Source: Octopus bimaculoides (lineage: Eukaryota). From it: DNA of 64,000 nt. A program made the position numbers and the translations under genes. Shown here one piece after another: positions 12,237-25,179 of the stretch. Every line of letters begins with the position of its first letter. Within the stretch, counting starts at the first letter, position 1. The stretch lies in assembly GCF_001194135.2 (NCBI RefSeq), contig NC_068987.1, positions 92,845,604 through 92,909,603 on the forward strand. The letters are read 5' to 3'. The notes beneath the pieces were generated by a model, which saw only the letters and a program-made list of their open reading frames with translations, was not told the origin of the DNA and ran no database searches.

Positions 12237-12867
12237 TCAAGTCATGTCATAAGTTCGGTCCGATTTTACTTTTTTTTTAAATTGAATGAAATTTAATATT
12301 ATTTTACAGAATAATAGAATTAAAATTTCTTTGATTAAAACCCTTTCTTATATGAAAGCATCCAAAGAGCATTTAAGGCACATAATAATGCTTTATGAGT
12401 ACAAAAAAGGAAACTCTGCAGCCGAAGCGACTCGAAACATACACTCAGTCTATGGGAAAGAATGCTTGAATGAAACAATTTGCAGAAGATGGTTTGCAAA
12501 ATTCAGCTATGGAGATTTCAGCCTTGAAGATGAAGATCGAATAGGACGTCCAGTTGAGTTTGATGATAAGCTCCTTGAGGCATTACTTGAAGAAAATCCT
12601 GCATTGTCAGTTGAAGATTTGGCAATAAAGCTTAGTTTAAACCACACAACTGTTCGTCATCACCTTCAACAAATTGAAAAGGTTCCTAAACTTGGAAAAT
12701 GGGTGGATAGATTTGTGATTGGTGGGATTAAAAAGCTTGTAAATAGATGGCAGGATGTCATAGATAATCAGGGAAAATATATTGATGATTAAATTTCAAT
12801 TAAATACATTTGATTACTTGTGTCCTTTATTATTAAAAATTCGGACAGAACTTTTGGGATGACCTGA
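12237..12867 (+). mobile_element. Internally deleted mariner (631 bp) with both TIRs and TA target duplication; open 146-aa ORF 12352-12792
   Basis: 5' TA|tcaagtcatgtcataagttcggtccga versus reverse complement of 3' TA|tcaggtcatcccaaaagttctgtccga; ORF has the HTH region through KLGKWV fused in frame at 12705/12706 to C-terminal GIKKLVNRWQDVIDNQGKYIDD*; no DDD motifs. Confidence 0.95.
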
Positions 12868-12903
12868 TATATACATACATACATAAATACATACATAAAT
12901 ACA

Positions 12904-12935
<32 letters not shown>

Positions 12936-14729
12936 CACATAATTTTTCTCGTCTGGCCGTAAAGCCTTTTCTGTTTGTTTTCCTGTCTTGTTTTTTGTCC
13001 GCGACTACATTCCTCCATGGCAAGATTTAATTTGTGTATACAAATTTAATTTGCGGTCCATGGGAAGAGCCGTTTTAACGATGCGTCCTGTCCAGCTCTT
13101 CGAAACACCGGTGTTAAAACGGGGGTAGCTGATGAAGTAGAATGTTCTCTATGTGGCTTGTGTGTTTTCTCGTCTACGTTTTGTTTGCAATGTCCTGTAC
13201 CCAGATATGCACGTATACATACAGGTGGATGTCGGTACGNNNNNNNNNNNNNNNNNNNNNNNNNNNNNNNNNNNNNNNNNNATATATATATATATATATA
13301 TATATAAATATACACGTACATACACACAAACACACGCACAATAAACACACACCCACACACACCCATACACATACACATACATATACGTGATATATATATG
13401 TAAGCGTGTTTATAAGATTCTAAACGTGCACACATACATATATGCATAGTAATGCATACATAATTACAATATGCAGCCTTCACCACAAGAATATCAATCC
13501 AAGATGTTATCCAAAGAAAGAATTAAAGAATGAACGAATGATGGAGAGAAAGTATCTCCAAATCAGAAAGTGCCAAATCACAAAATCAAGCCATTACAAG
13601 ACAGTTAACTTACAGAATCGTGAAATTACAGAATCTACGAATCGCTAACTCATACAAAATCACTAAATCACAGAAATCCACATTTCACGAAATTACAAAG
13701 TCATAGAATCAGAGAATAATTGAATCATCGAATAACGGAATTCAACAATCAGAAAATCACACACAGATTCCAATACATACATATATTTCTCAAAATCATT
13801 GAATCATAAAATCAGGGAAGTGCAGGAATGCAAAATTACACAGTCGCAAAATTGAACAACCACCTAATCACTGAATATTTGAAAGAGTTCGAAACCATTT
13901 CGGAATAAAGTACAACTCTTTTCTACTTCTTTTTTTATCTCCGTTTGCCATTCCATTTTCAATCCTTGTTCAACTATTTTTTTTCCTTTACATTTTGTCA
14001 TGCTATTAATATTTTATCTATTTTGTTTTATTTGTTTAGCTGAGGAATTTTATCGTTTTCGACAAACGAAATGGCAACCTTCTATCTCATTGGCCGAGAG
14101 TGAAAGAGCGAGGGGATACAGAAGGATTGATACACGAAGAGAGACAGTGGGAGAGAAATATTCAAAATTTAGTTATTCTTCCAATGATTAATATATATTG
14201 CTATACGGCTTGTGGTTAATTTCTTTACCGTTCGGATGACTCAGTCAGCAAAAACCACACACACATGTGTGATTGTGTGTATGTGCACATACTAATATAC
14301 TCATGTAATGTGTGCAAATATCTCTGTGTCTGTGTACAAGTTTGCCTGTGTATGTTGATGTCAGCAACATAAAGGAAACAAAGAAAGTAACAAGTGGGAA
14401 AAAGAAAGAAATATGTAAATGTGTAGTTACTGGCGACAAAGGAAGGTCAGTAGAAAATAGAAAATAGAGAGGGAGAGAGAGGGAGAGAGAGGGAGAGAGA
14501 GAGAGAGAAAGAGGGAGGGAGAGAGAGAACATGAATTAGAGAAGGGGTCGAGAGTGAGAGAAGTAGGAGTCAATGAGAGTGTGAAATAATGCATTGATTA
14601 AAATGAATAGAAATAGAATATGTGCATATTTTATGCGTTGGCAACGAATAACTCTGAAATGTGGATTCGAAATACATCATCCAGATATTTTTAACAGTAG
14701 GTATGTGCAGCACAACAGGAGTGGTTTAG

Positions 14730-14830
14730 GGTGCCATACGGCCAAATGGTTAGATTTGCATTACAATCACGGGATAGTGGGTTCGATCACACGTTCTTGC
14801 ATCTTGGATAAATATTTTTCTTGCTTTATC
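14730..14830 (+). mobile_element. Old tRNA-derived SINE head
   Basis: A-box-like 'acggccaaatggttag', B-box 'gggttcgatc', then CORE-like 'ttgcatcttggataaatattt'. Confidence 0.5.
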
Positions 14831-15259
14831 ATTAACATCCAAACGTGCACTCTGAGAGAAATCAGGAAGAAAGAAAGTGCAGAAATCCATTAGGTGGGTT
14901 GTGTGGTAAACGAAAAGATACACACCATGTTTGACACATACCACGTGACACTGGTCTAGGTTACGTTGGGCGACTCTGTGGAATCCTCAACCTGTGACAC
15001 GTTAATTTCAGCGGGAGAAAATTTGGTCGAATGAATCCTCATCGTGAAATCATGAGAACCAATACAAATATGCAGGGGTACGAAGCCTTCGATACTGAAG
15101 TATGTCCTTCTTGGATGCATCTATGTATATACGTATCAATTCGTCTCAATATATGTGTAGATAGATCCATAAATATTTATATAGGTACATAGAAATATAT
15201 CACTGCACAAACACACGCGCACACGCACACGCACACGCACACGCACACGCACACACACA

Positions 15260-15295
<36 letters not shown>

Positions 15296-15616
15296 TATGT
15301 GTGTGTGTATATATGTATATACAATTGTTAAAGAGGAAACGAACGTTAAGGCATGGCAAATGTCGCAAGTCATATACATTATAATTATTGGAAATTTGTG
15401 TTGCCCTCTTCAACACTTATATTTCCGCTATATCGGAAATCTGCAATGACTCCATAACTACTGTTTCAGCTTTAACCTTGGAGCCCTGGTAATCCGTTAC
15501 AGCGCTTACCTAGGGTAACCAATCGTTTAAATCACCTGTGAACTAAGCCCCCATATTTTGTGTGTATATATACACACAGACACGCACGTATATATACATA
15601 TCTACGTGTATATGTC

Positions 15617-15750
15617 TCTTTCCCAACATCACTAAACAACCGTTCGGCATATGTGGCGATATAATAAGTAGTTGGGTAGATTCGTTCTATTGAAATACTT
15701 CAAAGCTGTGCTCCAGCATGACAGCTGACTAACGAATGAAACAAGTTATA
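15617..15750 (+). mobile_element. Decayed SINE family B 3' part
   Basis: 'cccaacatcac...gttcggca...gtgctccagcatg...gaatgaaacaagt' matches 11570-11745. Confidence 0.7.
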
Positions 15751-18700
15751 TATTTAAGAGCTATATGTATATGTTTACAAATGTGTGTGTGTGTGTATGT
15801 TTGTGTGTACGCATATAAATAGTTTTATTTGGGGACGGTCATACTGTTTGCCTATTAAGCACATGCACTACATTCTTTGTCTTCCTTTCCACTCTTTTAT
15901 TATTCTTATTTTAGTTTCCTTTGTTTAAGCTCTAAGCTCTCTCGGCACACATCATGTGACCTCTTCAACGACTCTCCATTCCTCGTGTCTCCTCCTTTTC
16001 TTTTTAGTCTTTTCTGTCTTTCTGTGCAACGTATCCTTATCTGCACATGTATTTGCCTCTATATTTGTGCGAACTTGTGTGTGTTTGTGTGAACGTTATG
16101 TGCGTATATATAGGTTTGCTTAAAACAATGATTGTACATCTGTCATTTGTTTACATATGTTTTTATTTGTTTATTTATTTATTTATATATTTATTTTGCG
16201 CCTTTAATGTGTAAGTGTATCTTGTATGTGCGTATATGGCTTTATATATTATTCTGATTGTGTCTATTTCCCCTTTTCTCCTCATCTTATTCTGTCTTTA
16301 AGTCGTCATGTTGAGCAGTGTGGTGGAGGGGAGGGGAGTTATAGTTCCATTCATGTTTTCTGTTGAGGCTCAGTCTCTCTGTTGCTATGCATATGGACTC
16401 TGTATCCTCTCTAAGCGTCGTGTCTCTCATACGTGTTGATAATATCTTAACATGTATATATATTGAATATATGTGTATATATGCACGTATACATATATAC
16501 ATATTTTTTGTAAGCTTGAAGCTCATAGTGATTATTCTGCAAATGACTAAGAACATTTTCCTTAGTCACTTGCACGGTGATCGCTATGAGCTTTAAGATT
16601 ATAAAAAAAATACCCTGAAACTGGGGTCCGTACGTATCGCAGATCAAGATGGGAAGGATAACTTCCCTTGGCAAAAATAGACAGGACACAGATATGTGTC
16701 GATAAGCCAGCTGGAGGAGATGTTCTCCTGGGGCTAAAAGCAACAGTAACATCCACCCTTAGGGGTCAGCCACATTTAAATGGCAAATATACTTCACTTT
16801 ATNNNNNNNNNNNNNNNNNNNNNNNNNNNNNNNNNNNNNNNNNNNNNNNNNNNNNNNNNNNNNNNNNNNNNNNNNNNNNNNNNNNNNNNNTATATATATA
16901 TATACATACATACATACATACACACATACATACATACATGCATGCTTACCCATGTATGTGTTTGTATAGACTGAAGACGTGCGCACGATTAAATATTTTA
17001 TTATTCACAAAATGTCCTAGCAATAATTTCTATATAAGAAGGAGACGGTAGAAATGGAGTTTATTTGTTGCGCTTTGTTACTCGATTATTTCTAATATAC
17101 GCACTCGATATTGATAATACTCTACTTTCCTTTAGCTAAATATAACATGAACGACGTACTCTCGCTTTATTTCTTAGGAAAACAACTTGACTGACATACA
17201 GATATTATATTCCAGTTGTGGAAACATTCAATCTTCATGCTGCTCTTTGAATGGAAATTACAATGATTCATTCAATAAGAGTAATATTTTACTATTAATC
17301 TGAAATTGTTCCCCATGTGTCCTCAGTCATTCTCTTTCCCAGTTGATGTGTCTCTGTTACGGTGAAAACTAAATGTTTTGACCGAAGACATCCAACGAAA
17401 ATCAACTTAAAATGTCCAATCTTGTCGAACCTATCTCGCTTTGATCTTTTGTTTCATTCCATTTATTTTATCAACGATATAACAGTTAGACGTTAGCTTG
17501 CGTTCACTAATTACATATATATTGTCTTTCAGAAGTTTTACTGCTTTATCAGGATATCGAAACATGAGATGGGAAATGAAATTCTGAACATCTATTAACT
17601 TAAATTTCACTCTATATTTTGTAATACGAATTAATACAGATAATCAATAAAATGACATTTCTATCCATAGCTACAATACTGTATATTAATCTTTAAAACG
17701 ATTCTAACTTCCACGTTGTTTCATTTTGTGCAAAGAATAATTACTCCAACCACCTCTTTATTTATACAAAGTCAGTACAAATGTTACCTACTCTCCGGGA
17801 GAGATAACATTAAATTAATGACAACCCACATACTTGATGAAATACCTCATTTAGGATGCTAAAATATGAGACTTCCTCGCGAATAATGAATCAAAGTTAC
17901 GAAGATGTCGCTACTATTAAAAAAAGAACATCCTTGGCAAACGCAATGAAATTAATTTTTACTTACAAGTATAGTTTCAGACCTGTTAGATTTCTATGTT
18001 AATTGTCTTGTCTAAACGATATTAAATGTATCCTTAGCGCCACATCATTATTTACAATAAAAGTTCTTTTTAGAACTTTAACAGTTAAAAAAATTAACAA
18101 ACAACCCTGCTCCACTGGAGTGATGGGGGTATTTTAAACACCATTGTCTGCGTTACAATGAACTTATTTTAAAGCTGTTATTACGACACTCTGATATAGC
18201 GCAAGGTATAATATCGCAGTAATATTTCTTTACGGGCTACATTGACAGTTTCGCTAGTTTTAACTAAAATTTGAGCTTATTAGTATTATGGCCCAATGAA
18301 ATAATAATACATGAAAGTGAATGCTTATGTTGTATCGCTATGGCAGGTAGAATATCGTAAGGAGATTAGAGTATTGCTAAAATTTCAAAATATTCCACAT
18401 CGGATTATATGCGATGCATGGATCCTAATGTAAAATCTGTTGCCATTTCTGTAAGAAATCACCCTCACAGATGTTTGGACATGGAGTTATTTATATTTCT
18501 TGTGTGATTGACGAGAATTTGGAAGAGAAATTAATCTTCGAGCCAAGCAATAATAATTTTTTTTTTTGTAATGCCATGTGTATCAGATTGGCTTATATTT
18601 AAAGTTATTTGCCAATGACAATTTAAAAAAAGTTTTGAAGTGTTGCTTTATTTTAGGGGAATGATATATTTACAAATTCAGAAAGAATTCGTTTAGTTGG

Positions 18701-19114
18701 GAAGCTTGAAATACGTTAGCAGAATAATCAGCGTTCGATGTCTATATGTTTCCGGTTTTTTATTCTCTTTTGTCTCCTTCATTTGTTTGGAAGATCTGTA
18801 CAAGTAACGAAAAAAGAGCACAGGAGATATCTTCAATTCAAATATCAAATCTAGAGTTAAACTAGAAGAAATGAAAAGCCAGGAAACTTGATGTTTCTTT
18901 TTCTTTGAATTACTGGAACGGTTATTAGGTGTATTGTTAGTGTTGATGTTATTCTTCCAGCTACGATTACTTGACCAAGTATTATGTCTCGTGATAAATT
19001 GAGTTACGTGCATGCTTGAAGGTTTGCATGTGAGAGTGTATAAATGTGTGCAAAAGTGCGTGCGCATTTGTAAGCGTTTCTGCCAGTGCTTTGTGTGTTT
19101 ATCAGTTTTTAGCA

Positions 19115-19115
<1 letters not shown>

Positions 19116-19188
<73 letters not shown>

Positions 19189-19205
19189 TGTGTGTGTGTG
19201 TGTGT
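19116..19205. repeat. (TG)n microsatellite
   Basis: Directly visible. Confidence 0.97.
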
Positions 19206-19658
19206 GATTATATGTGTTCGTTATATAAATTGAAAACAACAAACATAAACAGACTATATTTTCTCGGCAGAAATCTTTTTCTACGATGACTCATTCATGG
19301 AAAACGCAGTACTTTACGTTTTCCATTTAATTAAGGGTTTCTATTGAAAGTGGCATACTGAAGGAGTGGATCACTAAAACACGGACAAGAAATAAAATAA
19401 ATTACTGAAGAATAAATAAAAAAAATAACCTTGACGAGAAAAGAGCGAGATAGAATGACTTTGAGGCAAGAGAGAAGAAGGTTTTCAAGCAATCAGACGT
19501 GGAAATAAAATAATATCTTGAAATGAGAGAGGAAAAATAAAATACATGGCATAGAAGAAGAAATTGTCAAAATGATACTGAGAAGAAGAAAGTATGATTA
19601 AGAAATATGCATTGTAATACTGAGAGAAAGAGAGAGAGAGAGAGAGAGGGGGAGTAGC

Positions 19659-19705
<47 letters not shown>

Positions 19706-20803
19706 GGGGGTGAGTAGCGAGGGAGAGAGAAAGGAAAGCTATAGGTGAAAAGTCCCCAAAGGTATCTCTCTGAGAGATAGAAGGGTAAATGCTTTCAAAA
19801 TATGTTGTAGAATAAAGGAGGGAAGCAGAAATATAAAGAACGAATATATAAATGAAGAAAAATCTAAATCACATGACTCAACAAAGATACTAAACTAAAG
19901 AATGAAACGTTACCAAAAGGTTTGTAGCGAATGTGAAATTTTGGTCTGAATTTTAATTTTAAACTAAATTTCAATTTCAAAGATCGCAAGTGAGGAAATC
20001 CTGAAATATTTCTTCGGGCTGAGATTAATTTCAACAAATAATTTAATTTAACTCTTTCTCAGTCAACTAAATGGATTACTAAGCTTGTGTATATTTGTCT
20101 TAGTTTTGGCTTTTCGTATTCTTTTTATTCTGGTTTATTTGCAATTCATTACTGCTGCCATGATACCATGGTTTGGCAAAGGTCAGGGAGCAGATTTTGT
20201 TTTAAATATTTATTTCATGTTCCTTTAAATTTTATATATATANNNNNNNNNNNNNNNNNNNNNNNNNNNNNNNNNNNNNNNNNNNNNNNNNNNNNNNNNN
20301 NNNNNNNNNNNNNNNNNNNNNNNNNNNNNNNNNNNNNNNNNNNNNNNNNNNNNNNNNNNNNNNNNNNNNNNNNNNNNNNNNNNNNNNNNNNNNNNNNNNN
20401 NNNNNNNNNNNNNNNNNNNNNNNNNNNNNNNNNNNNNNNNNNNNNNNNNNNNNNNNNNNNNNNNNNNNNNNNNNNNNNNNNNNNNNNNNNNNNNNNNNNN
20501 NNNNNNNNNNNNNNNNNNNNNNNNNNNNNNNNNNNNNNNNNNNNNNNNNNNNNNNNNNNNNNNNNNNNNNNNNNNNNNNNNNNNNNNNNNNNNNNNNNNN
20601 NNNNNNNNNNNNNNNNNNNNNNNNNNNNNNNNNNNNNNNNNNNNNNNNNNNNNNNNNNNNNNNNNNNNNNNNNNNNNNNNNNNNNNNNNNNNNNNNNNNN
20701 NNNNNNNNNNNNNNNNNNNNNNNNNNNNNNNNNNNNNNNNNNNNNNNNNNNNNNNNNNNNNNNNNNNNNNNNNNNNNNNNNNNNNNNNNNNNNNNNNNNN
20801 NAC

Positions 20804-20836
<33 letters not shown>

Positions 20837-21988
20837 TATGCTGTAACCACTCGATGGTGGTGCAGCCGATATATAAAGCACAATACAAATCATTGTCAAA
20901 TTCAAGTAACCATGGGTAACTTAGCCACAGATAACAGAAATATCTTCTATTCTTTGTTGGAAAAATAATTAAATATAAGGAGACAAAGTCATTTGTATGG
21001 TGCGTATAATATGTAATTATATTCATTATTTATTACTAGTTTAAATGAACAATTTTGTTTCATTTTGATGTTTATATTGAAGTTAATGCCGATTTCATCA
21101 TGGGCATCATCGTCATCATCTTCATGGTTTTTACCAAGACCAGCAGATCACTCGGAAGCAGCAATCTTGTCATCGCCATCATCATTATCATCATTTAAAC
21201 AATATCACCAATCTTCTCCTCCACAGTAACATATTTTATTCTATTCATAAGCCCTTTGCTGCTTCTGTGTATCACTATACTTACTGAGCTAAAGAAATTT
21301 AGCTACGAAAGCAAAGAATACTCCATTGTCATTAAATCTCATTCTGGAATCAGTCAGATCGGTGATATAACAAAATATGCGCTAATTGTGTTGTTAAATT
21401 AATTACTTTCAAAATATCGTAGGGGTTTAACCATGAATCATTGTTTCTTGTACCTCTACTATACGGCAATTTCTGCTAGAAATGTGAGCTGGATTTCCTC
21501 GAATCCCGCACAAGCTTTTTACAAAAATAAAGGTGTTTTTGCAAAATCCTTATCAAGGACGGTAATGTTTGGGTATGTATATATATAATTATTTTCTCTC
21601 AGGGTGAATGTAGGTCTAAGAATGAACAAAAACGAAAACAAAAGCATATTAATTATATGTTTTTAAGACTGTCGGGTTTATGTATGAACATAAATGAAGA
21701 AATGAATGCAGGTTGTTCTATTTGTGCAACTTTAAGTTCCAGAGTATTCGCTCATTTAGAAACAATCCTTTCATTCTGTTACTTTAGCTCTATTTTCTAT
21801 TTTTCTCATTTCACTTGTTTCAAATCCCATAGATGCTATTCACCCTCGGACACTTTCATAACATGTTCAGATAACCAGACAAGCCCATGGATAAAATTCA
21901 GGTCTGCTACTCCAACTACCGTGTCTTTCTAAATCTTCTTTAAAGTGAATATAGTAAACGTAATAAGGATTGGCATCGATAAATATTA

Positions 21989-22187
21989 GTTTCAATTTTG
22001 GCAAATGGCCAGCAATTTAATGGGAGGGTTTAAGTCGATTATATCGTGCCCAAGAGCTCAACTGGTACTTGCTTTATCGCCCCTTAAAGGATGAAAGCCA
22101 AAGTGGGCCTCGGCGGAATTTCAGCTCAAAACATAAAGACGGACGAAATGCCGCTAAGCATATTGCCCAGCCTGCTAACGGCTCTGC
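21989..22187 (-). mobile_element. Near-complete SINE family A copy
   Basis: Contains tail, central 'ggtacttgctttatcg...ggatgaaag...cctcggcggaattt' and reverse-complement tRNA-like head 'gacggacgaaatgccgctaagcatattgccc'. Confidence 0.88.
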
Positions 22188-22200
22188 ATTAATAAATATT

Positions 22201-22294
22201 GGCAAGCAGAATCGTTACATTACTGTGCTACTGAAATAGATCACTGACGTCAGAATCCCACCGAAAACCTTTCAATTTCATCCTTTGGGAATCG
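22201..22294 (+). mobile_element. Decayed SINE family A 5' part, divergent from the adjacent minus copy
   Basis: 'gcagaatcgtta...gtcagaatcccaccga...tttcatcctttgggaatcg' parallels the head and body of 29431-29632. Confidence 0.5.
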
Positions 22295-22776
22295 TTTCCC
22301 CAGACCCAGTAGCATACTTGTCAACCTATTAATCAAATCTTCACCTAATACAAATATTTTGATTTATGCACACACTTTCTAGCATCGAGCAACCGATTTC
22401 TCTATGGGAAAAATTAATAAATGGTACATTTGCATAATATTGAAACAATAACGCTTTAGATATTATATATATGTAAAATTCAAAGGATATTTGTATGAAA
22501 TAATTACCGATTAATATTGAAAAGTGAATAACTTATTTGATACAAATAAAGCAATTATGGAAGATTCCGCTTTTGCGAAGTGCGAGAATATTACTATTTA
22601 AGACTCTTCATAGAAAAACAAAATGACTAAATGGTCGCATTTAGGGACAAGAATAATGAAAGCATTTTATGATTTCGGTCATGGTAGTTATAGTTTCTGT
22701 TGTGTCGACGCCCCCAAGCGAAGAAGTAGTAGCGCCCAAGACATATAAATGGAAGTAGTCTAACCGTGGTAGAAGG

Positions 22777-22841
22777 TGTTGAGTAGCTGTTGAGTAGCAG
22801 TCATGTAGCTGTTGAGTAGCAGTCATGTAGCTGTTGAGTAG
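22777..22841. repeat. 22-bp tandem repeat (gtagctgttgagtagcagtcat), about 3 copies
   Basis: Directly visible. Confidence 0.9.
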
Positions 22842-22879
22842 AGATTATCCGAAGGTGCTAGATAGCAGTAGCTTGAGAC

Positions 22880-24350
22880 ATAACAGTTTCTCTTGCTTTC
22901 TCCGGGTCATCAGTCGGATAACGATCTCCTGCTATGACGGTTGCAAGTAATGGCCTTATGATGAGGTCAGCCCGTATTTGCTAAGTGGTCCACAAATTTT
23001 ATGAAACTTGTCATGGAATGATTATTTCCTTACCAAAGTCGACTCCCTTGCATTCACTTGACATAGGATTTCATCGAATATTTTGAAGGCATTTGCAGAA
23101 AATTACTGCCAATCTTCCGATGTAACAGGAAGACGATGTATTCTAATACAACTTAACTTTTTCCATGACTCTAATCAGGTCATAATCTCACTAATATATT
23201 TGAAAATGTTCTAAAGTAACTCCTGAGAAAGATATTTCAATTTTGCTAGGTTCTTTTGGTCATTTCCTAGAGATTGCATGCTTTGCCAAAAACATGAAAA
23301 TGCATGGTTAGAGATTGTGCTTGGTACGTCGGTTGATTGAGGAATCGGATCCTCTTCAGACGTTGGAGATCAGCTGCAGCATTGCTGAATCGCTACTTCG
23401 CATAAATTTGTGAGTTTCTTTCGTTAGTGATGGCGTCAACGTACGAAAATTGACAGTTGACATTCAGGGGTTCGCCCACGAATGCGAATTTCTGTTAACG
23501 TACATCACCAATAATAAACGAGTTTGTGTTTCTTTGCCGAACAGGAAACAAATGTTTGAACTAGTGTTGTCGAAACTTAGAGTCAAGACATACATTGCTA
23601 TAAATATTTTATTTAAAGACTCCAAATCTGTTGACAAATTCAAACCTTTCAGCCTTTCATGATGACATTGATGCCGCATAAGGAATCATTTAGGATGAAA
23701 TTCACCTCTAGTAGGAACACACATGGGGTCGGTACATATCACTAAGAAGTCTCTGTAACGATGTCAAACTTGCCTATTATCCCACCACTCTGTCTGATAC
23801 AGTGACACGTCAGCAGTAAAACAATTGTATACAGTTTGCATAGATGGTGACCAATCCATAAAGTACATCGATTTTTCAAAAGATGAACCCGAAACATATT
23901 TTCAATTATCTTCATGGTGACAATGAAATTGAGCACTATTTCCAATTCTGGTGACAACCAGTATTTCTTTTCCGTTGTTCGTTATACTCCTTTAGCGCTC
24001 AGATTACTTCTTGACGCCAGACCTCAATGACACCCGATTTATTCCATGCTTTGAAAATATTCTTCGTCTCTTCTGCAGTGACATCTTCGACTTGAAACAC
24101 TCCTTCATTTATCTCATCTGGACCGGCTGATTTATTTTTGTTGATAACGAATGGCATTGGTGACTTCTTAACTTGAGTTGTCCTCCTCTCACACCTGCAA
24201 ATAATTCAATCTCTCTCTCGTGTGAAGTTGAAGGAGTTGATATCATTCCGTCGACTCAGCCTTAAATGAAAATCGAGTTCTCTCCGCTTTACTCAATATT
24301 TCCTCCAACAATCCTCATTTATATTTGATTCAGATTAGACAATTCTTGCC
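22880..24350 (-). mobile_element. Decayed RTE-clade LINE reverse transcriptase region
   Basis: Minus translation NKSAGPDEI, IFKAWNKSGVIEVW, CHQNW..SISL, MYVLTLSFDNT (D-KAFD-like) in the expected order; many stops. Confidence 0.7.
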
Positions 24351-24856
24351 CCAATCAGTTCGTTCACAATTCTTCAAGTAATAACTTATTCAAAAAGACT
24401 CGAATGTGTCTGACGATGAAAATATCTCTTTCTCCCTCTGTCCCTCTCTATCTTTCTACCTTCTCCCCGCCTCTCTCATGGATGCCGACAGAGAATTTTG
24501 AAGTAGACGAGAGAATCTGAAACCGAATGAACCCCTTCAAGTTGATGTTATGTGCAATCAGTCAACTTGGAACTCTCGTAAGGCGTGGTCATGTCACATT
24601 TTTCACTAATAATGCTACAAGTCACAACTCATTACTTACCCCATGATAAACTAATGAATTTCTGGTAATAATTAAAATTTCGTATGATATCGAAATAAAG
24701 GATACATTTCTTCCTTAACATTTGTCAAAACATACCTTTGAAGGAAACAGTCAACAGGTTTTCCATTTTGTTCCATTATCAAGTACAACAGCCTATGATT
24801 AATCAATTTACTGCTTTCATATTAAAATATTATCATTCAATTTTACAAAATGAATA

Positions 24857-25179
24857 AAGATGGTGAGCTGACAAAATCGTTCGCATACCAGGCAAAATAC
24901 TTAGCGGGATTTCGTCCACGTATACCAGTGGTCCCCAAAGTGGGCGGTATAACTCCCCCGGAGAAAGAGAGGTTTATGTGTATGATGGTTAGCTGGGGTG
25001 GATCCGCTAGGAATGTGGCCTGGGAACCTCTGGGTTATAGTTCTGAGTTGAAATTCCGTCGATGCCAACTTTGCTTTTCATCGTGGTCGCAAGAGCAAGT
25101 ACCATTTGAACACTGGCACCGATGTTAATCGACTCATCTCCTTCCCTGCTATCGCTGACCTTCTGCCAAAATTTGAAAC
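24857..25179 (+). mobile_element. SINE family A copy interrupted by a MITE
   Basis: Head 'gatggtgagctgacaaaatcgtt...cttagcgggatttcgtcc' resumes at 25040 as 'gttctgagttgaaattccg' and ends 'ccaaaatttgaaac'. Confidence 0.8.
24926..25032. mobile_element. hAT-type MITE (107 bp) nested in SINE
   Basis: Left end cagtggtccccaaagtgggcgg, right end gggaacctctg (imperfect TIR of the CAGTGGTTCCC type); flanking 8-mers acgtatac/ggttatag are only a 4/8 match. Confidence 0.6.

Noticed and set aside
13064-13122. HDV-like ribozyme (7-bp P1 starting with G, long P2)
   Set aside because: No P3/L3 with CC, no GG for P1.1 and no catalytic C in J4/2.
14730-14795. tRNA gene
   Set aside because: A/B boxes only, no cloverleaf, and followed by a SINE body.
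18693-19115. 140-aa minus ORF with N-rich and semi-hydrophobic segments
   Set aside because: No recognisable domain, begins in microsatellite-like DNA, and splice signals are ambiguous.
22777-22841. CRISPR-like array
   Set aside because: Contiguous tandem units with no unique spacers, in a eukaryotic context.
24639-24791. Two small minus-strand exon candidates (LLYLIMEQNGKPVDCFLQ / NSLVYHG)
   Set aside because: Kinase-like words are spaced incompatibly with a kinase fold, and acceptors are weak.
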